DNA of 63,061 bases, filler included, from Pelomyxa schiedti (taxonomy: Eukaryota > Protista > Evosea): assembly GCA_020536535.1 (NCBI GenBank). It is 18 parts of 18 records of this genome, joined end to end, with 100 filler letters (N's around TTAATTAATTAA, not from the genome) between each part and the next. Parts side by side here need not be neighbours in the genome. Positions count along the whole stretch, not along the records: positions 49,200 to 51,523 come from JAHLWZ010002032.1; positions 51,624 to 53,454 come from JAHLWZ010002248.1; positions 53,555 to 55,196 come from JAHLWZ010002363.1; positions 55,297 to 56,345 come from JAHLWZ010002935.1; positions 56,446 to 57,486 come from JAHLWZ010002946.1; positions 57,587 to 58,982 come from JAHLWZ010002538.1; positions 59,083 to 63,061 come from JAHLWZ010000182.1; 11 more parts are not named here. One strand, written 5' to 3'. Shown in pieces: positions 50,684 to 60,986 of the stretch (position 1 is its first letter; the number at the start of each line of letters is the position of its first letter). The position numbers and the translations under genes were made by a program. The notes beneath the pieces are model-generated. The model worked only from the letters and a program-made list of their open reading frames with translations, searched no databases and was not told the origin of the DNA.

Positions 50684-51523
50684 ATGAGGACAGTGAATTG
50701 TTTCGTGGTCGACGGCAACAGCGATGCCCCGCCGGCGTCGAAGCTGTTCGAAGTGCTGGTTCGCGAACGAATCGCCGCGCAGGCCTCGACTACGACCGTC
50801 ACAGTAACGGACCCACAATACCTTTCTTGCTTTCGCTTCCAACCGACATCATTATCGCTGACGGCAGCACCGCAACAACAACAACAACAACAACAACAGC
50901 AGCAGGCCAATGTGGATCATGCAACGACCGGGTGTTGTAGTTCTCAAACAAGTGACAATGATATCAGTGCTGGCTCTTGCGATAATGATGTTGGTTGTGT
51001 GGTGCTTCACTCTGAGGGGAGTGTGATGATGAAGGATGGGTGCGCGAAGTCAGAGGGGTCTGTTGTGGTGGCCATAGTTCCCGACAGTGAAGAAGGTGGA
51101 GTCTACAATTTCGAGGACCTGAAACACAAGGCAGCGCGGCTTGGTTCGGCACCTCTTATTCTCCTCCGGTTCAGTTCGGACAAAGCTGCACCCGACAGGA
51201 ATGCTTGGTCTCCTTTTGTCCGGGCACTTCTTGTGTGTTCTCGCTTTTCCTCCTTTGAACTGATGATATCAGATGAATGCCGACAAGCTTATCAGGTGCT
51301 CCAACGACAACCCGGCAGGCTCTTTGAAGGTATTAATATCGTCAATTGTTCAAGTGGCATTCAATGGACATAACAGATATCACCAAGGTAACAAAAACCA
51401 ATAAAGCCAGCCCCCAATGCCTCTTCTGATTTATTCTATCCTCATCATATTAGATTTACCATCACTTCTTCCCGTGCTCAAAACGAGTGTGGAAGGATCA
51501 TCAGTCATTGACATTAAGTGGAT
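50684..51523 (+). CDS. 5' part of a hypothetical protein with degenerate small-GTPase-like N-terminus (resembles the Roco N-terminus)
   Basis: MRTVNCFVVDG..SKLFEVLV..VTVT..VVVAIV..GVYNF parallels LAECVLVGDSG..SSLFDDLV..TVTVT..VVVVV..GCYEI in the Roco gene. Confidence 0.55.
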
Positions 51524-51623
51524 NNNNNNNNNNNNNNNNNNNNNNNNNNNNNNNNNNNNNNNNNNNNTTAATTAATTAANNNNNNNNNNNNNNNNNNNNN
51601 NNNNNNNNNNNNNNNNNNNNNNN

Positions 51624-53454
51624 CACACAACCTGCTGGCTGCCACCCCTTGTGTCAGCCCCCACGCCGCGTGCTGGCTGTCAAACAAGTTGTTGGCTGGA
51701 AGACAACACTCCAGCTGGCTGTATACCGTTTTAGGGGAAGTCTAATGGAGTGAAAAAATGAACTCATTTACCAGGAGACCGTTGATGAACACAGAGTGGT
51801 CAGGTGACATTGGGCCACCTGACAGTTCAAAGTTGAACAGTTCATCGACAAACACTGTTCTCACTCTGGTGATCTCAAATGGGTGCTTCCACGTTCCATC
51901 CTGTGTGTGTTGGTTGGTTGGTTGGTTGTTGTGTAAGTGTGGTTTTGACTCTTTCCACTTGGTGGAGTGGAAAAAATAGGGACACACACCATGAAAACGG
52001 GATGACCTGGAGTCAACCAAACACCAGAGACATTGCACATTGACAGTGTTCGGTTCACTGGTTTCTTCTCGACTTTGACCACTTTCTTTATTCCCGATTC
52101 CGTTTTGACCCAGTCGCCTACGTTGATGTCACTCACACGCCTGTGCGTGTGTAGTTATTTGAAGAATGGCTGGTGAAAGAACATACGTTTTGTGTCCACT
52201 TGCCATTGCAACAAAGCCATCACCAGTGAAGCACTTGTTGAACTGTGGTCGGTGTCAGTTGTGTAACAAATAGGTAGGTGGAATACATTTGATTCCTCAC
52301 GTTCGGTCAATGAGCCAAACAAAGTTTGGTGCAACCTGATGGCCATGAATCTTTCTTGTGGTGTGTGAAGGTACGCTCCGCTTCTGAAAAACGCAAAACA
52401 CTGGAGGTTCGCAACATTTCCGATCTCTTCGTGAAGATTTGAAATTTTGTGAGTGGTCAAGGAATCAGGAAATAGAGATACCAACAGCGGTAACAAAGTC
52501 ATCAAGGGGAACCCATGGTCCAAGTTCATACAAAAGTGCATATGCCGAGAGAACTGCGTTTTGTTGGTGGAAGTTGCATTATTTCTTACAAGTGCAAAAA
52601 AGGTAAATACATTACCAGTGTAGAAGGCCATCCCACACTGATGTTCAGCAAGGTTGAAGTTCCCAAATGCCAACACCGGCGTTTTATCCGGGGAAGTGTG
52701 CCACTTAGGCACATGGTCCCAAGGAGAACAATCCATCATGGAGGCTTCAACTTCAGTTTGCCTTGGCTCTCTCTGTAACCCATCGAGGTAAGAACAATTA
52801 CTGAAACCCCTGAAGAGCATAAGTATGCTCGCGAGAATGTCAGGTCCAAGAAGCGACAGTGGGCTGTCCTTCCCGACACGTGGATGGGCACCACACAGAA
52901 ACGCAATTGATCGCGATGCGGTTGTTTTGCATGACCCTGGTTTGTGATTAATGAAAGGGCATGTGAAGAGAATGGAGTGAAAACACACTCACTGAGTATC
53001 AATTTCCAAGCGGGAGAAACTTTCATCAACACACGAGTTTCTTTTTGGAACCACTCTGACCACGCGTGCTTGCACGCATTTGAAAGAAGAATGAAACGTT
53101 GACCTGAAGCCATGAGTCCCCTGGCCCACCCAACGCATTTTCTTTGCCGGAACCACTTGATCCTGTTTTCCACGCACTGTATTTCTGTTTCCTGGTTGGA
53201 AAAATGGAATGAACACGACGCATCTATCTAAACAAAAAAGCAAAGCCATTCCGAAAAGGCACTACTACATACGGTCAGAGGAGGGAGCCCCGACGTGCTT
53301 GGCCTCATGCACTCTGGCTCCATCCAGAAGCACCCCATGGTGTCTTCAGTTATCTCGGGCCTCTTCATATCGAACCCCCTCATCGCCCCCTCCATCACCG
53401 CGTCGCCCCCAGTCAGCCCAGGCACCCTCTCCTCCGGGCAGCGCCACTCCCCCT
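51624..53454 (-). CDS. Family-module protein with a C-terminal Hint (Vint-type) domain; partial at both ends, spliced
   Basis: Module SRSIAFLCGAHPRVGKDSPLSLLGPDILASIL. Spliced Hint domain CFTGDGFVAMASGHKTRVSDINVGDWVKT..WLTPGHPVF..WKHP..LFNFEL..HSVFINGLL. Confidence 0.82.
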
Positions 53455-53984
53455 NNNNNNNNNNNNNNNNNNNNNNNNNNNNNNNNNNNNNNNNNNNNTT
53501 AATTAATTAANNNNNNNNNNNNNNNNNNNNNNNNNNNNNNNNNNNNNNNNNNNNCGACTATGGGCTCAATTGTTGTGCGTTGGGTGGGTTGCTCTGCCGT
53601 ACTCATCTTAGTCTAGAAGTACTGGTTGGGTGACGCAAAACAGGGGTTGGGAGTTTGGGAGTTCAGACACCAGCCGACCTACCCACCTGACCAACCCCTC
53701 TGTATCGTGTAAATAGTTCCGACAAAGTGGTGATCTGCCGAATAACAGGAAGACAACAAGTTGTTCAGCCCTCAACATCCCTCACCCTGACCACGTATCT
53801 TACAAGTTCCCACATCCAGCAGACCCAAATCAGACTCACATTGGCAAGAGTTCTATCAGCAGTCGCCGTCACATTGAGAGGCAACTCGATTCAGTGGCCG
53901 AGTTAAAAAAAAAAGAAAAGTGATGTGGTGTTGTTTTACTGTCGGTTTTTGTTGTACCCACCGAGCATTGAGTGTGTTTTTGTT

Positions 53985-54059
53985 GTAGCTCCCGAAAAAT
54001 TTTCATACTGGTGTGTTGGTTATACACCACATCAGTATTGAAAATTTTTCGGGAGCTAC
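53985..54059. repeat. Long near-perfect hairpin
   Basis: GTAGCTCCCGAAAAATTTTCA-TACTGGTGTG pairs with CACATCAGTATTGAAAATTTTTCGGGAGCTAC, with one bulge and one G-U pair. Confidence 0.9.
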
Positions 54060-55296
54060 GTAGAGGTAGGTCGGTCGCGGTGCGCAAGGGGGAAACACTT
54101 TTTTTTTTTTTTGGGCAACGGCCGAAAAGAACGGAGTGGTGCACCAAAACGTGTTCCCCTCCCGACACAGAGCGTGCGGGTGGTGATGAAACGCTTCGTT
54201 GAACATCACTGACTTAGAAAATTTTTTTTTTCGTGCCATACTTTTCCTGCAGAAACTCATTTGGTGATTACCTCCCCTGAACTCAGGCCAAATGAGCTGA
54301 TTTCTCCTCTTATTTGTGGGCTATGTGTTTTACAACGAATTGACCCTTTGCCGCGGGCTAAGAGGCTTGAAGGTTGTTCTACTGACAATCAAAGTATTTT
54401 TTTTCATGCAGGAGTTTGTAACTTTAATACCACCCAAATAACACATAATCCACAGTCACCACAGGGTGGATTACTCTCACTCTGCACTGTACTACACTGT
54501 TTAGTGACGATATTCCTCCTTTTCGAGGTCCGTCCCAGTTCGCTCTATCCCCTCAGTGGTCTATTTTTAGGTTTGTCAGAATTCGGCCAATCAATTGAGT
54601 TGTCTCTCATACGTGGTTGGAACTGAGCATGAATCTTCAGGGCAACACCAAATTTTGTTCCTCCAACAATCAGCCACAGTCCTATTTGCTTTTCCAAGTA
54701 CAGAGAAAGTGAAGTATTCATGCAACATTTCGTAGAAGAGAAATTTCCCTGAGGATGTAAGGGGTTTTGATATGGAGGGGCCAGTATTTAGACCACACCG
54801 TCTAGTTGGAAGAAATAGTATCTATAGTCCAATTAAACGAAAAAAACCTATATAAGGAATGAATGGTTACCATGGAATCTCTAATATGTCTGGGAATCCA
54901 CCATCATGCATTGGATTCGTATGTATTGTCTGCACCGGTACAGCAGTTGTTCTCCTGGATGTTCAGTAAATTTCTCTCAGTGCAATTACATCAAAAACTA
55001 TGTTCAAACTGTTTGCGCTGAATGCGGAGTGATACAGATACACAACCTACAGTAGACTTTTTTAGATGCGTTATAAAGGTAATCAAAAGGCGGAACCGTA
55101 GTGTACTTGCGGGTTGGCTTCAGCATTGAGGTCGAGGATAAGACTGGTACTTTTTGTATGCCCCCTCAAGAGCGATTGTCTGCATGACAGAAATGTNNNN
55201 NNNNNNNNNNNNNNNNNNNNNNNNNNNNNNNNNNNNNNNNTTAATTAATTAANNNNNNNNNNNNNNNNNNNNNNNNNNNNNNNNNNNNNNNNNNNN

Positions 55297-56345
55297 CCAA
55301 ATGAAATAATACAAAAACAAAACAGACAAGAGGGGTGAACACATGAGGTTTGGTGTTGATGAATGGGGTGCGGAACTTGAAGTTGTTCTGCTTGAACTTG
55401 ATTCTGAGGAAGACAACGGTTCTACAACATCCACAATCACCAAAGAATCGGAATCCACATTTTTTGTGACCTATTATTTGTGGTGAATGGTTACTTCCGA
55501 ATAGAATGGAGTGTTCTGCCCTGTGACTGTTCTACACTTTCTAACATAACACATACATTTCCTTGGTAAAGAACACTGTTTTCATCTGCAACCAGGTTCT
55601 CCATTGAGAGTATGATTTCCTCCGTGGAGTAATCCCCCTGGCAGAGAACAGTGTAATTCACTTGCACTTCAGTCAGTATCACAGTTATGTCCCTGTCCGA
55701 CAACACCACAAGGTCGTTGCATGAAGACTCCAACCGAAGTGTGATGGAGTTCACATAAACACTGTCTGAGCTAATTGCTAAAGCAACTGCAATGTCCTGT
55801 GAGAACTGAGCTCCAAATGTAGACGGCAGAGTTGTTTTGCACTCTGGATAGTAATGCCGGTATGAATTTTGTGAGTATGTGATGTTGTATCCTTACTGGG
55901 GGGGAAAAATTTATTATTTATCTTATTTATTATTTATTATTTTATTATTTATATTTACCGGGATAGACAAGTTGAAGCCCAAAAACAACCTTCAGCTGCT
56001 CATCTGATTGAGTTGAGTTGGCTTCTCAGTTAAAAATTGGAGGGGAATGAATGAATGAAGAGAAACCTGGCACCACACTATCACATATGTCCGACCAAAG
56101 TAATGCATCAGAACTGGGGAGGCATCCTCTTGTGCAATCGCGAGAAGGCGGGGGAATGCCGGGCCCATAGCATACAGTGTCTATGTAACATGATCCGGCG
56201 CTCACACAAGAACATACTCCTGGGGGTTTTGGAACAACATCTTCACACTCGCAATTGGGAGGGGCTGCACTGCAATCCACACAAGAATCGCTCAAGAAAC
56301 TGAGTGTTTTGTTTGGTGTTGGGAAGGAACAAGGAAAAGAAGAAA
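55297..56345 (-). CDS. Internal fragment of an extracellular protein (Cys-rich plus SEA-like domain)
   Basis: CVDCSAAPPNCECE..CYIDTVCY..CTRGC; FSQDIAVALAISSDSVYVNSI..LVADENSVLYQG; Ser/Thr-rich stalk. Confidence 0.6.
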
Positions 56346-56445
56346 NNNNNNNNNNNNNNNNNNNNNNNNNNNNNNNNNNNNNNNNNNNNTTAATTAATTA
56401 ANNNNNNNNNNNNNNNNNNNNNNNNNNNNNNNNNNNNNNNNNNNN

Positions 56446-56838
56446 GTATGAAAACAACTCATGGTGATTCCACTCATAGGAAGACGGTGAAGGAACGGAG
56501 CAGCCGTCAGATGGGAAACAACAGACACTGCCCAACAAGCTGGACACACAGAACGACGTGAGGGTGTTGTTGAAGGTGTAGTAGTATGAATTGGGGGAGG
56601 GTGACGGTGCAGAAACAATGACACCAAAGGTCGCCGTTGCTGTTGTGGGGGAGGTGGTCGTTAGAAAATCCCACAATTGCCTGAGAAGGGTGGGCTGGGA
56701 GGTCATAACGTGGGCAGGGCTTGGTGCACCACAACGGTGGTTGGAAGACGTGGCAAGCCCAAAGAACTGGTCACGCGCACTCAGGTGAACCACAATTGTG
56801 GGTTTATGTCGAGTCGTTCCTGCACTGCGCGACATCAT
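56446..56838 (-). CDS. 5' fragment of a family member
   Basis: VVHLSARDQFFGLATSSNHRCGAPSPAHVMTSQPTLLRQLWDFL..FCVSSLLGSV. Confidence 0.8.
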
Positions 56839-57268
56839 CACCACCCAGGCTTTTTCGAAATAGACGATCTGTCTCATTGAACGTTTGCCAACATCCCACA
56901 ATACAAAAAACAAGCAGTGCAAAACTGGCCTCCACTGTTGGGATGCCCACTTTGGCGAAACAACATAACTTTAGGGCATTGTCATTGTTATAGGTCTCAC
57001 ACACCAATTTCTGTGAACACCCCATTCATTGTTCACAACAACCACCGCCTCGTCATGCGAGTACCAGAGAAACGCAGGTGGACCGTTGACCATGGGAAGT
57101 AAAGGGGGTGTGCCGTGATCATCACCCTCCCACAGGTTTATGAATGTGTGCTGTTGTGTTGGTTGTCGTCGCCCGTCTTGTTCTCTGAAAGAGCTTGGGG
57201 AACAAGACGTGACAATGAGGAAGAGGTGATGAATATTACCATCATACAAAAACCATTTGGGTGTTTTT

Positions 57269-57486
57269 TTATGGGTATCTCCTGACAAGTGGGGTTGCAT
57301 ACCATGGGGAGCCAAAATTGAATGTGCAAACATGCAAGCCAGTGGCGTCAGTAACATCAACACTGGGGTTTAAGCTCCCGTGGCAATGGAACAGGAAGCC
57401 TGATTCAGCAATCACAGGGACCAGGAACCTGGGTTCGAGTACCCTCAGTGGTGCTGTGGTGTTGTTGCAGTCCCATATTTCAGTGC
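57269..57486 (-). CDS. 3' fragment of a family member, in tandem with the previous gene
   Basis: TEIWDCNNTTAPLRV..IAESGFLFH..VDVTDATGLHVCTFNF matches the AESGFVF..VDVIEPTSG C-terminus. Not in the ORF track. Confidence 0.7.
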
Positions 57487-57787
57487 NNNNNNNNNNNNNN
57501 NNNNNNNNNNNNNNNNNNNNNNNNNNNNNNTTAATTAATTAANNNNNNNNNNNNNNNNNNNNNNNNNNNNNNNNNNNNNNNNNNNNAGCACATTGGTGTG
57601 TCTGTTGGCCGTTGGCGTGCTGCAAACTGTGTGCACACTGTTTTCCCAGAAAAACGCTCGTTTTTTGATCGTGTGCACACCGAAAAAGTTTGGGCAGTCC
57701 CAATAATTTTGATGATACATGGGCGGAGGGTTGAAGCGTGGTAGCTGTGTCTGATAGGATTCCGGGCGAGAGCCCCCACTCGACGCC

Positions 57788-58044
57788 TGTGGCACTCCAG
57801 AATCATTTTGGTGGGCCATAGACGCTTAGAAAAGAACGTAGAAAGATGAAAGAAAAGAGGAATTGGGATTTTACGTGCCTAGTTTTCAGACACGATTTAA
57901 TTAACGTTAATACGCCACTTAAATCTTGGGAAAAAGGGGTTTATAAGGAATGGACGCAGGGGAATGGTGTCAAAGGGCTGACGTAATGACAGGTGACAAA
58001 CGGGCTTAGATTTTCTATCCAAATATTTAGCTCACCTCGCCACA
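57788..58044 (-). repeat. Long terminal repeat, 257 bp
   Basis: TG..CA ends within 6-bp terminal inverted repeats, an internal TATAAA, and direct contact with the PPT. Confidence 0.75.
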
Positions 58045-58078
58045 GCCTTCCCCTCCTTAAAGAGGAGCACCGCGACGA

Positions 58079-58982
58079 TTACTCGCCATCGCTAAGTTCA
58101 GGTGGACTAGGGGAATTAGGAGGCGGAATTGTCGGGGCGCCTTCAGCGGTCCTTGCGGCTTTCTCCTGGGTATATTCGTGTGCCCAAGGGGGAGGTCGTT
58201 TATACACAATTTGCACATCTGAGCCTTGTATAGTTTGCCGTATTACAAAGGACTCGTTGGGAGCGTACCGGACATGTATTTTGTGGACAATGTGTTGACG
58301 CCGCGGTAGTACGCTCGCCGGAACTTGTTGTGGAGTCCAGGGTTGTACGGACACTGCAGGCGGTTCTTCAGGTACGACGGATTGAGGGTAGAGGGGTATA
58401 ACTAATGGTGATGGATCAAATAGATCAGGTGGTAATACAATCGGGGGTAATGGAACAGAATTAGCTTCGGTATGAGCACTTCCACTAAGGTCAATTACAC
58501 TTGGCGTAAATTCGGGTATGTCCGGGTTTGTATATGCTTGAAATCCCTCATTACTTACATCACTCGGCAGGTTTATGAACGCTGATGCTTGGCTATCAGG
58601 TTGGAATTCAGCGGGAATCAGCGGTAGTAATGTATTCTCAGGTGCGGATGCTTGTGGAGCAATCGGCTCCACCTCAGGAACTGGAATATTAGCACGCGGT
58701 TCACTATTTGTACTTGGTGGATTATTAGTGTTTGGATCACTAGTCGTAGTGGCAGTGTTCTCAGTTGAAGTCTGGGATGGTATGTTAGACTGTTTACGTG
58801 GTCTTCCTCGCTTTGGATCCCTTTGTGATATCGGCAGTGCGGGTGCTTTCTGCCTGCGTTGTCTCTGGGAATGATCCTTGCGTTCCCATACCTCTAGAAC
58901 TTCCTTGTCTACTTCATCACGTGGCATCCATTGAGCTTCTGATCGAGCATGACCTTGGAACTTGACTTTGAATTCTTCCCCA
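58079..58982 (-). CDS. Retrotransposon Pol C-terminus: chromodomain, AT-hook and Pro-rich tail (5' partial)
   Basis: GEEFKVKFQGHARSEAQWMPRDEVDKEVLEVWE (chromo-like) and KRGRPRK (AT-hook). Intronless. Confidence 0.75.
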
Positions 58983-59082
58983 NNNNNNNNNNNNNNNNNN
59001 NNNNNNNNNNNNNNNNNNNNNNNNNNTTAATTAATTAANNNNNNNNNNNNNNNNNNNNNNNNNNNNNNNNNNNNNNNNNNNN

Positions 59083-59764
59083 TGAACAACAACCGATACA
59101 TGACCGTCTACCCCCACGACAGCCTCATCACCGTCACCGTTGGGGAATACGGGCTGGACTCGCTCGAGTTCACCGAGGCCTTCGACAACACGATGTGCAA
59201 CTACTGGTCTTCCAACCACAACGGGTGGACTCTGACAACCAGCGGAACAAACGGATGCGTCAGGACAATCACCAAGGACTTCGACGCTGACGAGTACAAC
59301 ACCCACTGTGCCAGCTCATCGGAGATCCCCAGTGGTTACCAGATCACCACCGTTGTGCAGGAGGACACCGAGCCCCTGTACACTGGGACCAGCCTCGACG
59401 GGACATACGAAACAGTCGTGGTCAATGGCGTCTTCAATGATGTGTGTTTTGCGTCTCTTGCCTCTCCCCAATTTATTTGAGAGCAGTTGCAACACCTGCA
59501 CATTATTAATGCCAGTAAAATTTATCCAAATATTTTTTTAACCCCCACTCTCTCTCATCCAGGTGATGCTGCTTCCCACCAGTGCGAGCTATGAGGTCAC
59601 CATTGAGACTTATGATCCCGGAAAATACTCGGCATTGGTCAGCGGCTACTGCGGTGTCATGTACGACACGGACTACTGCGACATCAAGGTTCAGACCTAC
59701 GCTCCCTATTACGTCTACAGCATCAATCCTGTGCCGGTGTCTTTCCCCACGACCTACGTTGATG
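59083..59764 (+). CDS. Fragment of a paralog of the 60987-62904 surface protein
   Basis: Near-identical exons with scattered substitutions (e.g. SSEIPSG vs SSDTMSG) and a different, longer intron. Confidence 0.8.
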
Positions 59765-59864
59765 NNNNNNNNNNNNNNNNNNNNNNNNNNNNNNNNNNNN
59801 NNNNNNNNNNNNNNNNNNNNNNNNNNNNNNNNNNNNNNNNNNNNNNNNNNNNNNNNNNNNNNNN

Positions 59865-60777
59865 CGGGGAAGACCAGTCTGATCAGAAGAGCCAAGGGAG
59901 AGAAACGAATAAAGATGCACAAGTCACCGCCGGTCGATGCCATCATAACGCTTGTGCAGAAGGCCCTGAAGCAGATACAAACACCAGAGAACACTTTGGG
60001 AACAGTGGCCAAGCCTCTGCCCATGTTGCCTGCCCGCAAGCTGTTCCCAGCAAAGGAGAACCGCATTGTAGCTAGAGCACTGGCACAGAAGTCGAGGGAG
60101 AAAGCTGTAGGTATGTTGTTGACTCTTTGGTTGCCAGTTCTCACAAAGCAATTCGCAAATGTGTAGGCCTATCTGCGAAGAAATTGAGGAAATGTGGGGT
60201 GTTTGATGTGCCTCCTGAATGTAGAGTGTCTGCCTCCCTCTCTACTCTATGAAATATAGACTCCTTCAACCTGAACTCCCACTAAAAATATTGGATAGTT
60301 ACTCAATGTACATACCGTTGCACGAACTGTGGTGCCAATACATCAAAGATCTTATTGGGATACTTCCTGATAAGCCCAACCCAAACTCACCTCTATTACT
60401 GCAACACATAGTGAAAGCTGATTACCATGGCGCTCTCATGAAAGGTTCTCTGCCCTTTTTGCAGTACAAATTTGACTTCTCCATATAGTTATTAAATCTA
60501 CCTCTCCTTGCAATGTCGGGATAGAGGGAATATGTATACAGGAAACCACAAATACATTTCGTCTCGTCACCACACTCAACACACTGAAAGGTTTGATTTC
60601 TAGGTTTTTTTCCCCAGCTTACATTCAACAGTTGTCCCAAAGCAAGGAAATCACTTCACATTGAGACTTCCTGGTCACTTTATGGTTACGTTGTTTGGGT
60701 CACAACTATGTGTTCGTAGTTCAGAAAGATCCTCTAAGAAGTGGAAGGCTAAAAGCGCTTCAGATTTTTTCTTGTAG
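59865..60777 (+). CDS. POP4: RNase P/MRP subunit POP4/RPP29 (5' partial, spliced)
   Basis: YSMYIPLHELWCQYIKDL..KADYHGALMKVIKSTSPCNVGIEGICIQETTNTFRLVT..VVPK..TLFGSQLCVRSSERSSKKWK. Confidence 0.92.
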
Positions 60778-60986
60778 TGGAATGAAAAGGGATTGATTCA
60801 GTCAAAAGTTTCTTCCATCCAACAATACTACCAAAAAGTTGCTGGCTCTTTTCCAAAACCAACTTGTCCAATCACACTAGCGTGCCCTTTTATAGGAAAA
60901 AAAAACATTTCTTTTTATCCAAAAAACAAAGCAACAAGCAAGTTACTGCACACAACCGCAGCAACAAACAACAACACAACAACCAA

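Larger units (their letters stand above)
57788..58982 (-). mobile_element. 3' end of a chromodomain-bearing Ty3/Gypsy (chromovirus-like) LTR retrotransposon
   Basis: The ORF end is followed by a PPT (TTAAGGAGGGGAAGGC, 58060-58045) and then an LTR bounded by TGTGGC..GCCACA (58044-57788). Confidence 0.8.

Noticed and set aside
54590-55196. Spliced minus-strand gene with a CBM48-like YYFFQLDGKF motif
   Set aside because: My best splice model creates an in-frame TGA and I could not build a consistent frame, so I left it uncalled.
57700-57779. tRNA gene next to the LTR
   Set aside because: Only a tRNA-3'-like end including CCA is present, with no cloverleaf or A/B boxes. It fits a PBS better.
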